NCBI GenBank assembly: GCA_900088475.1
Contig: FLMG01002325.1
Span: 1-49,439, forward strand
Length of the DNA: 49,439 nucleotides
Source: Hyphochytrium catenoides
Lineage: Eukaryota > Protista > Hyphochytriomycota
Direction: 5' to 3'
Shown here: one piece after another, positions 24,063-37,155 of the stretch
Numbering within the stretch: the first letter of the stretch is position 1
Layout: each line of letters opens with the position of its first letter
Program-made: the position numbers and the translations under genes
Notes under the pieces: generated by a model
The model's database searches: none
The model's input: the letters and a program-made list of their open reading frames with translations, nothing else
What the model was told of the DNA's origin: nothing

Positions 24063-25598
24063 CTACCATAAAGAAAAATGGATGTCTGGAAAGCTGTAGG
24101 ATAGCTTGATGAGATCTGACTGGGTCACAGTCTCCTCTGCCCCTCCACCCGGAGTCATGATCACGACCTCTGTCAAAGTCTCACACCTACTAGCCACTTC
24201 TTGCAGTTGCTCAGCAGTGACGGCGCTGTTACCTATAAAGCATAAGTATGATAGATGACGGCAGATGCGAGAGGATAGGAGCGCCTTACTAATTAGCGCT
24301 GTCCCATAAATATAAAGAGCTTCTAACTCCCAGTCCCCGACACTGTCCCCTAGCTCCATCGGGTCTTCTGAAACGGACAGACCGAGAGTCTTGACTTGTG
24401 GACACCGCATCGCGAGGCTGGGAAGGACGCTCAATAGCTGTTCGAATCTGAGCAATGGACAGTCCAAGACCTGGGCGATGACAGCTTGTTAAAGCTTCTC
24501 CAGAAAATATGGGAGGTATATTGGCCAACGTCTGAGCTTACCAGCAGCTTGGGGCAGTCAAGGTCCAAGGTCATCGGCTCTAGATTGCCATGAAGCTCCA
24601 GTATTTGAAGCTCCGGAAGAGAGAGTGTAAGCTCTTCGCATCCCAATGGCGAAATCAGCTGAAGCTCCCGCAAGACCTTGCAGTATGTAGATATGCTGAG
24701 CATCGTCCTTGGAGGAAGAAAGCAGTGGTCCAATTTGAGTACAGTTAGGAGAGGAAACCTTAGAGAGGTAGATTGCCTCCCAAAGTATTCATTGGCCAAC
24801 TCCAAATGCTGCAGCTCCTTGCACCGCTCACTGAGACGGGCTATGTCTTGAGGTGATATACTCGACGTACTGAGAACAACTTTGCGCAACTGCGGCGCAA
24901 AAACGGAACTGGCTAAGCTAGCAATCATGTTGCGGGGTAAAATCTCCGGACTACGCAGGGCGAGCTCCCGGAGAGATGTAGCTCTATACAGACCAAGTTT
25001 AGCCAATAAACGGCCTTGATTAACGGAGGATGGGGCCTACTTACCTCACGCAGAAAGTCGCAAAGCTCCTGGTGGTGAAGCCAAAGACACGATCTGCCTC
25101 AAGAGCTACGAGGTTCGGGAAGTGATGGGCTATGGTTTCCAAGTCCTTGTCAGAGCAGTCACTAAAGCGCAGACTATGAAGACGTCCCTTGTTGGGAATC
25201 GCCTTGAGCACCTTTCGAAGAGGATATCTTAACCCCAGGCCAGATACGTCCAAATGCCGAAGTCGAGTTCGTCGCGCGACATAGCGGATAGCTGTATCGA
25301 GGGTGGGAGCTCCACTGCCTGGTTCTCCTCCGAGGACGAGAGTGTCATAGTCTCCGACGGCTGTGTAGAGAGTCGTGCAAGTACTGCCCAAGCCTTCCTC
25401 GACCTCCCTCGACGCGAGAAAACTCACAATGGCGAGGACGGCCTCGTGTGGAAGACTAACCAGTGGACAGTCCCTGTTCTCTGGGCTTACCGGCCACGAT
25501 ATTGTGAGAGATCGTTGTACCCTTGTCGCCCCAGTCTTGCCATCGGTATGGCTATGGAACTTCCGCCGTTTTGCTCTTTTCCTCACAGGCTCCATCAA
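24063..25598 (-). CDS. F-box/LRR (RNI-like) protein; introns at 25044-24984 and 24541-24471
   Basis: F-box LVSLPHEAVLAIVSFL..EV..LGSTC..LY, then LxxLxL repeats (LRHLDVS, LHSLRFS, LQHLEL, LTVLKL, LQILEL). Both introns are GT-AG and keep the frame. Confidence 0.85.
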
Positions 25599-26257
25599 AG
25601 TTGCTAGCGTACTACTCTAGGCATCGCTTACGATCCAATTTGTGGCCATGTAGCGCTAGCTGGGGCTCAAGTTCGGCGGAGTGCCTGCTTTGCAATCGAG
25701 GTCTCACAAACTTGAGGCTTACCATCCTTGAGTCATGAGGGCCATAGTCTCTTCATGCACACCTGCTAAGTAGCCTCTGAGAATCTTCAGAAATGGGAAG
25801 AAGATGCAGGTGGCACATTATTCGAAGAACTGCAATGAAATGAGCTCGTCCTCCTCCTATAATACAGCTCGCATTACTTGGCGATGAAAGGAAACACTGG
25901 GGAATCGAGTTCTCCTCACAATATTTATCTAGTAATTGGATCTATTGATCCTCGGTCATTGATCTGCAGACGTGCAGTCAACCTCCAGGATTGCCAGATG
26001 TGAGGTAACTAAGTCTCTTTTTATTACAAGTACAAGTACAAATATTTGGACCTCAGCGAGCAGCAGAACCTGGCGCCAGAATGAATGATGATCAGGACCA
26101 GAAACAGAGCCAAGCAAGAGGAGATTTGATGAAGATCTCTGCAGCTTCAGAGCGATGCGTCAAGCCTGGATCCTGCAGAATTTATCTTTCATTACAAAAG
26201 ATCAAGTCCACTTCTCCCATCACATAGATAAGCAAAGCACGCTATCTTGTAGAGACC

Positions 26258-26883
26258 ATGTCTACATTCAAGATTGAAACTGTTACTCCTGGGTAAGCAA
26301 AGATATTGATGACGTACATAGGTTTTCAGTACCTCTTCCCAAACAGTGGTGCTATAAGGAGCAGGCGTTAATGCGTTCTTCTCTTCACAGAGACGGAACC
26401 AACTATCCCAAAGCTGGACAGACCGTCAGAGTACACTATGTCGGACGAGTAAGTATCAGGCTGACATGTAGGAGAATAGGAATACATTAAATCTGACTGC
26501 GTATGTGTCCTGCACAGTTGACTGATGGCTCAGTTTTCGACTCTAGCCGCGACAGAGGTCGTCCTTTCGAGTTCCAGGTAAGGAAACAGAAAGCAGGTAT
26601 CCTAAGCTCGTTACCTATGGCTAATTGAGGTGGTCCTTCTGTTGCAGCTTGGGCAAGGGAGAGTTATTAAAGGTATGAGCCCATTAAGAAGCATCTCGGC
26701 CCCACTTCTGAGATATTTGTTAATTGTACAGGCTGGGATGAGGGTGTAAAGCAACTCAGCCTTGGGCAGAAGGCATTATTGACCTGCCCTCCTGACTATG
26801 CGTATGGTGCTAGGGGTTACCCTCCTATTATCCCTCCGAACTCAACTCTCGTCTTCGAGGTAGAGCTCTTGGGCTTCCAATAG
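26258..26883 (+). CDS. FKBP12: FK506-binding peptidyl-prolyl isomerase FKBP12; 5 exons (26258-26292, 26391-26448, 26518-26577, 26648-26672, 26732-26883), 109 aa
   Basis: Spliced product: [109 protein letters not shown]. Not present in the ORF track. Confidence 0.97.
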
Positions 26884-27013
26884 TTCTCGTTGGAAATCTT
26901 GCATTTGCTTGTTCATTTCCCATGGACCGTTGCAATTTGCATTCAATAAATAGCTGAAATAGAGCTTGTAAAAAGAGCTCTCTTGATTACGCCAGAGCGG
27001 ATGTGGAGAAGAG

Positions 27014-27352
27014 CTACCGGAATTTGTAAAGCGGCGTTGTCTTCTGGTAGCTTTCAGGTTTTGGCGGCGATGGCTCCTCCCAGCGGATATAATGTACTTC
27101 TTCTGGCCGCCCGTGTTCCATTGATTGACTGAAGTGGGTAGGGATTCTCGAGCGCAGCCAGCAACGACATAGGAGAATCAGCAAGAGAAGGACAACCGCT
27201 CCCAGGACGGAGACCGCGACCGTCCATCCAAGTAGAGAGGAGTCATCTGTGTCATCCAATTCGTCATCCTCATACTCCTCCAGTATCTGAAATATCCATG
27301 GCCACGATGGCTGCTTCAGGGTTGTTACTTGAGCTTCTGCGGATCGGGCCAT
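27014..27352 (-). CDS. Small single-pass membrane protein of unknown function
   Basis: Acidic segment EEYEDDELDDTDD, hydrophobic helix WTVAVSVLGAVVLLLLILL, juxtamembrane CRC and basic residues, and a Tyr/Pro-containing tail. The 5' end is uncertain. Confidence 0.55.
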   Translation of the reverse strand: MARSAEAQVTTLKQPSWPWIFQILEEYEDDELDDTDDSSLLGWTVAVSVLGAVVLLLLILLCRCWLRSRIPTHFSQSMEHGRPEEVHYIRWEEPSPPKPESYQKTTPLYKFR

Positions 27353-27659
27353 CGTCAAGAGCCGTAGGGCCCGCGCTATGCTTCCCTCCTGAAATGCGCC
27401 AATAACCTTTCAGGACATGGGTTGCGACGGGTGGACCCCCAAACGTACCATTACAGGGGAGAGTTTGAATATACTAGCCTAAGGCATATGCAGCCACCAC
27501 AGAAGTTAAGGTGTGCAAGGATAAGGCGACTGGAACACGGGGTAGGCCTTCATAAAAGTGTCTGGGGTACCTGGACACACCCCACAGGATGGATTCCGAC
27601 CCTACACCTACTATGGCTTAGTACGTATCGCCTCTTATGAGCGAAACGCTAGGACCAAA

Positions 27660-28680
27660 TTAGTGCTCTCTTCGTTCCTGCTTCTGAACACAGAACGTCG
27701 GCTTGTCTTTGCGGTATGTTTCTGGTGCCGAGGGCGCACAGTGATCTACTCTTCGCTGTGAGACTAGAGCCTCATTGGTAACTCCAGGGTCCTTAATCTC
27801 ATGACATGGCGCGCCCAGCAAACGCTTCTCATCATCAGTACGGAGGATCGGCGCATCACCAGCGGCGGTGGGTGAGATGATGAGATGCACTGGACAAACA
27901 CTTTCCTACCTGTAGAGGGCAGAATGAAGAGTTGCGAAAGGTTGCACTCTAGGAGATCTGAGAGGTAGTGGTAATATCTCTTACTTAACGGGCTTTCTAC
28001 CCGTTCCTTATAGTAATAGTATCCCCTCGACAGGTTTGCCAAACGACACCAATAAAAAAGGTTTGCTGCACTGTTGCTTTATTAGATTCGGAGCCATTAG
28101 AGCTTTTTCGCGATGGCTCTGTCTTCTTTCATGCTACTCCTACTTCTGTTATTTATTGCTTTCGAACCTCTATTATCGGGCTCTGGCTTAACTTCCTTGT
28201 TGTCCGGCCAAGGTACCGTCTTGGCTACTGGTGGGCTGGTCTTCTTCTGCCAGTCTTTTTCATATTCATCTTCTTCCCCAGCTATTTTACTCCTGGGAAT
28301 CCGCTCACAGGTCTTTCAGATTGGGGTCCTCCTCCTTCTCTTCTCGCTTGATGAAGAAACCATCATCTTGCTATCAAAACCGTTCGGCAGAAATTCCTTC
28401 GAGAGTAATTAGGATTCGAATTGGACTCTCTGATGATTACTACCCATCGGATTCGTAATTGATGGTAGAAAGAAGGTGGATTGGAAGCCAAACGTAATCT
28501 TTTCTATCTGGTTCTGGAGGAGAAGCGTTGTGAGTTCCAAAAGCAAAAGATGACTATGTGTTTAGTAGGGCCCAGTGCTGTCTTGTCGCTTCAGAAAGCT
28601 TCAAATAATGCGCTTCATTGTGCTTTTAGCAATATAAATCACAGTAGCACTAAGGGTGGTCTGGTGTGATTGACACCTTT
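27660..28680 (-). pseudogene. Degenerate reading frame with many in-frame stops (decayed gene or element relic)
   Basis: The frame of ORF 27660-27890 extends upstream as protein-like text interrupted by ~20 stops, clustered in a Q/E/R-rich stretch. The region is visibly AT/TpA-rich. Confidence 0.45.
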
Positions 28681-28844
28681 CGGCAGGAAGGGTAGTACTC
28701 CTCCCTAGCCGATATCGGTAACTCTTCCAACTAAGCCAAGCCCCTGGCATCTCGCTTCCTGTTTAGCTTCTGTCCCTTCATCGAAGTGGTGAACGAGAGT
28801 GGTTGGTCTTTGTTTGAGAAGAAAGCTTTTTTCTTGAAGGCACG

Positions 28845-30474
28845 ATGAAGAGAGCTGCTTCGTCTCGCGCTCGATACGGGAGAGGCTCAACTGCTTGTTC
28901 TTCCGGCAAACGAAGGCACGATGAGAAAGAAATATATTCCGAAAGTCTTGACTGCGAACAGACTCAAAAAGACCCGCCACAACTACCCAGAAAGAGGAAC
29001 GACCTCAAACAAAAGACGAAAGTCACTGCTACTGGTGTCAACAAGAGCAAAAGAAAAGCCACTACCCAGATTCCTGGTGAGGTCATTTCAGAGTTCTTCG
29101 GATACGCAACGATACTTATGTCACTGCAGTCAGATATTAACCTTACTGTTCCTCAGTCTAACGCTCTAAAATGATTTGTTACCCTCCTCTTATTAGCGAA
29201 ACAACAGAGCATGGGCACTGAAGGTCGGATCTTGCCGAGAAAGACTTCAGCATGGAAGCCAAAGGTAGGGTAGTCATTGTCCTGATTACCATCATTGACC
29301 CAGCCGTCGTCCAAGACCTTCGCTGACCCCATTGAAGTTATCAAGCACCAGCAGCAGTAGCGACGAGGAGGAAAGTGATTGGAGTCCAATACCGACTAAG
29401 AAGACAGAGGCCAGAGATCACTTACAAGCCACAGTCCGAAGACAGCAGGAAGCTAACGTAACGGAGGAGGACGATGGACAAACCGCACTGAGCTCAGTAG
29501 ATGACGCGGAGTTGGAGGATCTTCCACCACCACGAGGTTCTCGTACTGCATCGTCGTCTGCTATTGAGGGTGAAGGTGGTCATGGCAAGGTACATTAGAA
29601 TCAGTATACCTATTCCCTTCACGCCACATTGCAATTCATCGCCGTACCCCATGCAGGAGGGAGTTCTGGACGATGAAATGCTAGCCATGCGAGAAGTGAT
29701 AGCCAAGATACACCAAAAGGTATATATAGGAGGCTAGACAAAAGGTCACACCACAACTACATGGCCATCTCATGATGAGGCGTTGTTACTACCAGAAAGA
29801 GTCCGAAAAAGCATCCAAGAAAGCAGAGCTGCAAAAAGCGTGAGGGCTTTCAGAACTCCACCACCTACTAATAGGTAGAAGTTTTGACGATGCTATGCTA
29901 CACACTCTCTAGATTCGAAGCTTCTTTCCAGCGAGACTTTAAGAAACTGGAGCGGCAACACTTTCATAAACCTCTAGAAGAGAGCCGAGCTATCGTGAAG
30001 GCACTGGATCAAGAACTTTCGCAGCTGAATGCGGTCACCACAAGTTACAGGTTGGCCTCTGACTTGATAAGGTCCATCATCGGGTCTATGGATAAACACT
30101 TGCGCCTGCCATTCCCAGTGAACTTCTAGAGGAGACCTCCAACGGCTGGAATCGTGACGACAAAGCCAGGCTGACGAACCTCCTCGCCGATCTGAAGAAT
30201 CTAGCCGAAGAGATTGAGGCTCATCAGTCGAGAAATATGGACGATTTACAAAAGCAACAAGACCATGAAACTGCCGAGCTTGCTAAGGCGCAGAGCTTGT
30301 TGGACAGAGGGATCAGCACAATACTGGATGACAGCAGCATTATTGCGAAGTACATCACTCTGTTCAGTGATGTACTCACAGTGAGTTCCTGACCAAACAG
30401 GATCATTCATAGGCCCCATCCGAGTCTGCCCATTGCTGATCCAGTACGTCCTTCGAGTAGAAAGCGCAAAATAA
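28845..30474 (+). CDS. Hypothetical multi-exon protein with a basic/acidic disordered N-terminus and a C-terminal coiled coil
   Basis: GT-AG joins link MKRAASSR..., LSSTSSSSDEEES..., EGVLDDEMLAMREVIAKIHQK, FEASFQRDFKKLERQ... and LTNLLADLKNLAEEIEAHQ.... The 3' end is uncertain (30393 or 30474). Confidence 0.55.
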
Positions 30475-31658
30475 GAAATGATGGGTTACCTTGGTGGAAG
30501 AAACTTGTCCTCTTGGCCTTGCCATGGAGAAGCTGCCGGTAGCCTGCGAGGAGTACTGAAAGATGAGATTGTGATTGTCCGCTCATAGAGTGACTGTTGC
30601 CTTATCACAAGTTACTCGAGGATTTGGAAGCGCTGCGGCAGGAGGGGGCGGGGGTGGCAGGAGGCGGTGGCTAAGTACTTTAAGAACATCCTTCATGGCG
30701 TCATTCACACGATTGATTGGGTTCTGATAGCTGTTCTGATTTCTGAGGGCATATGGTGGGGCGTTACAAAGATCAAGGGCTTGATAATCAAGACCTACCT
30801 ACTATGGTTACTAGCAGAAAATAATTAGATTCCGGTGGAAAGAATCTGTAATTTGAAAACTCTCTACAGAGAGGGGTCATTAGGAGCTTTGCCAGACTCA
30901 CATGGACGAGATAAGGTCATTAGACGATGTATTCTACCTCCATTATAGGGTCACCCTGCACCTAACCGCCCCACCCACCCTGCCATCAGCGGCTGCCCTG
31001 ACATACCCCACCTCTCCCCACCCGCCTGCGGTCTTAGCTTCTTCTTCCTTCCCACCCACCTTGGGCCTTCTGTCCTCTAAATATATCTAAGAGTTCTCTC
31101 ATGTTCCTACCCACATTCACCTGGCGGGCCCATCCACACCCATGATCACATTCCAGCTGCCGCCCTGCCGCCCCGTCACCTTCTCACCCTTCCTCCCCCC
31201 TCTGTGCCCTTGGCTGCAGACCTGTCCACAGAGACTTTCAAAGAAAAACTTCATGCCATAGTTCTACACAGGCCAAAACTCATTGGCATCATACACAGAG
31301 CGAGAAGTAGCGCTTCGCTTCAGGTCTGAAGGTGTGTGTAGGCCGAACTAAGAGCTTCAAGGCCCCAACCCACCGTGGCTGCAGATTCTGATCAACTGAC
31401 AGAAGCAATTGCAGGTTGATTGACCAACTGGGCGTTCTCAAAAGGTGCGAAGGCTGGCAGCTTAACCTTCAATTATATAGAGAAGCTCAAGAATAGGGCG
31501 TCTGGGTGGAGAGAGTCAAAAGGCGCTTTGCAGTTGGTTGCATCGCTGAACTGTAGATCAAGTAGAAGGCTTTTAGACTCTCCTGTAGCAGTGAGAGCTT
31601 TGGCCAGCTGGCGCTAATCTTCTTCCTCTCTGTAAAATCTTGGACCGGCTTCAGAAAG

Positions 31659-33060
31659 ATGTACAGCGCAAAGCAGATGCGGAAGTGCAAGTTCAAGACC
31701 TGCAATAACATAGCAGGCCTAGGCGGCGTTTGCCTTCTGCATGGAGTGAAGCTTCGTAAGTGCCGGTTTGACGGCTGCGATAAAAGCCCAAGCCGCGGCA
31801 ACTTCTGCCTGGACCATGGCGGTAAGGTTAAGGCAAAACGCTGCGCGGAGGAAGGCTGCGATAAGAAGGCTCAGAAAGGAGGAGTGTGTGTAGCGCATGG
31901 AGCAAAGATTGTCCACAAGCGCTGCGCAGTTGAAGGTTGCATAAAGAAAGCACGACAAGGAGGCGTTTGTGTTCGGCACGGGGCTCAGGAGAAGCTCTGC
32001 ATGATGAAAGACTGCGACAAGAAGGCAAAGCGGGGTGGCCTTTGCTTGGCACACTGCTCGAAGATGGAGATGAGAAAATGTAATTCAGATGGCTGCATTC
32101 GGTGGGCTCTTCAGGATGGCGTCTGCCAGCTCCATGGTGCTAAGGTTGGACCCCGGGTGCCTCCCATGAAGAAGATGCAGTGCCTGCAGCCAGACTGTCG
32201 TCGTTTTGCGAAGGTGGGAGGGTTTTGCGCGGCTCATGGAGGCAGGCCGCCGAAGTGCAAGATTGAAGGATGCGGAACCCCAATCACAAAGGGCTCGTTG
32301 TGCGATGATCACCGGCGTAAGCGCTGTCATCGGCAGGGTTGCAAGAAGTTGGCAGTTGAGGGAGGAGTGTGTCTTGAGGTAAGCGAGCAAAGCGATCTTA
32401 CCTGTTCCTGATCGTCTCTGGAGGCTCGAACTTGCCTAGCTCTTCGCTAATGTTTGGGTGCATGGACTGTGTAGTATCTTTGGTTTAGCTCTGAAGCCTA
32501 TGGTTTGCTGCCCTTGCCGCTGCTTTTTTTATTTTGCCTACACCTCTTCTCTCTCTCTCTCTCTTATGTTGGCTCTCATTGTCGTGGTCTAAGTGGCGCT
32601 GACTGGGCTTCATTTGTTCCTGCAGCATGGCGCGCGCATTGATCTGTGTTTGCGGGATGGCTGCGGGGGCATGGCCACCATGGCGGGTGGATTCTGCTTC
32701 GAGCATGGTGGGAAGATGCAGACGCGCAGGTGTAAGGTGGAAGGATGCACGAAGAAGGCACAACGACGAGGTGTCTGTGTGACCCATGGCGCAAAGGTCA
32801 TCCACAAGCGATGTAACTTCCAAGGCTGTGATAAGAAGGCGAGACAAGGCGGCGTTTGTGTCTCACATGGTGCCCAGGAAAAATCATGTCGCGTTGACGG
32901 CTGCGCGAACAAGGCCAAGAAGGGTGGGCTGTGCAAGCGGCATGGTGCTTATTCAGACGAAAGAGTCCTTCATGGCATTGTCGGACATCCGAACGTCATG
33001 CAGTTGGCCGCGGCGCACCTTCATCCCGCGATGCCTCCCCATCCGCTCGTATTGGTCTAG
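31659..33060 (+). CDS. WRKY19-like zinc-finger repeat protein (13 C-x4-C-x9/10-C-x2-H units); intron at 32379-32625
   Basis: Units such as CAEEGCDKKAQKGGVCVAHG. Splicing GAG|GTAAGC...CTGCAG|CAT completes unit 9 (CLE|HG). No WRKY DNA-binding domain is seen. Confidence 0.9.
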
Positions 33061-34200
33061 ACTGCTTCTTTTATCCACTATACTTACAAGCTATGTATGT
33101 CTCTCTGGAGCTAGCACTGCTGATGCTACATCTGGTGCATAGACAGACCTTGCCGTCTGTTAAGCCAGAGCTGCCCCAAACAACCTGTCCTCCTTGTATA
33201 TACGCTTGGCATTGCTATGCCCCATGGTTCATTTTCGAAACTTATTAACTCACAGTCTCTCTGAGAGGCTGCTATACATTTTATAAGATAAATGTGAAGC
33301 TCAATTGTCGCCAAAGGCTCACTCCACGATAGCTACATCAGCCTCACGAAGTGAAGTCTCGACCTAGAGCTTTCTTTCTTAGTGATCCTTCGTCTCCATC
33401 CTTGTCCAAACGCCTCCCTTCCTCCCCGTCCGACGTCACTGCTTCCTATTCTTTTTGTCAATTTCCATCTATCTCTCCTACAATTGCCCTCTGCCCTTCT
33501 TCCATAGATTGCCCCTTCCCTTCAGTACTGACTTACTAACTCGAAGATCTGGAGCCATAGATGCCTAGACGCGACTGGCTAGGAACCCAGCCCGGATGAA
33601 TTAGTCGCCCTCTGTGAAGACGCAATGTGAAGATCAATCTTCACATCGCCAATGATCAATGACTGAGGGTTGCTGATGACCCGATAACTCTCCTCAGAAA
33701 GCCAATAAAGGAAGATCCGTGTCTCTTCAAGGCAAGAAGATTGTCACAGCTCATCATGTTGATGAGGGAGTATCCCCGTCATCATAGGTGTAGTACCAAC
33801 CTATGGACAATTGGCCCTTCAAACCGCCCTATAGCGATTTTGTAACCTCTTCGGCCACTCAGGGCATGTGAGGGTCCTCCACTAAGTTGCGGTTGGCTTG
33901 TCACGTCGGCTTGCGAAGCGCGGGGGAAGGTGCAGCAGATGACAAGGGCAGGGGATAAGAGGAAAGGGAGACAGAGAGAGAGAGAGAGACAGAGAGAGAG
34001 AGACAGAGAGAGAGAGTCCCCAGTCCCCAGGAAGATAAAGAGCAAGAAGAGTGTGAGTAGAGAAGGTACCCAGGAAGGTCAGACTCCAATTTCCTGTCAA
34101 GAGCGGAGAAGACGACGCTGAAAGCTCGGGCGAAGCTCTCAGATCTGTGCCGCTATCAAGCACCTCTAGGCTTGGTTTCCTCCTTGAAGTCTATCCCAAG

Positions 34201-36522
<2,322 letters not shown>

Positions 36523-37155
36523 GCCCCAGCTAATTATCTAAGAAGTATATTGTACTTGAACATCTGCCACAGCGATTCAGTGTTCTGGCATTGAAAAGGT
36601 GCTAAAACGCAGCCAGTTTATCGGTCTGATTGCGTTAGGCTGTCATCATTTCTTCCTTCTCCAAGCGGTAGATCTGCTATGCGATGGAGAGAGTGAGGAG
36701 AAGATAGCGGTTCCTTCCATCAACCACAAGGAAGAAATCCCCTTGGCTCTTGAGCTGTCAGAGTTGGGCTCTCATGTCTTCTTGACTCCCTGTATCGGCT
36801 TCTCTCTCCCTTCGACCTTCTTGTCCTTCTTCAATAGGAGATCTCCGCAGGACCATTGGAACCGTAGCAAGTAAGAGGAGACAGTATCATGGCCTACTCT
36901 TGACATCAAAGTTCATTATAAGATGTTAACATCTAGATAGGGTGTGTCCTGGCACTGCAGCTGTTGAGTGGGTTCAGTGCCGGACCCTCGATGGTGCTAT
37001 TAAAAAGATAAGGTGTGGCCTGCAAAGACAGCGATAGAGCGAAAGTATAGAGAGAGAGAGAGAGAAAGGGGACACTCTAAGGAAACAGAGAGGAGGAAGG
37101 ATAGATAGCAGAGACGTTGTGGTTCGTCCTGACTTCACTCATTTTCTCTCCGTCT

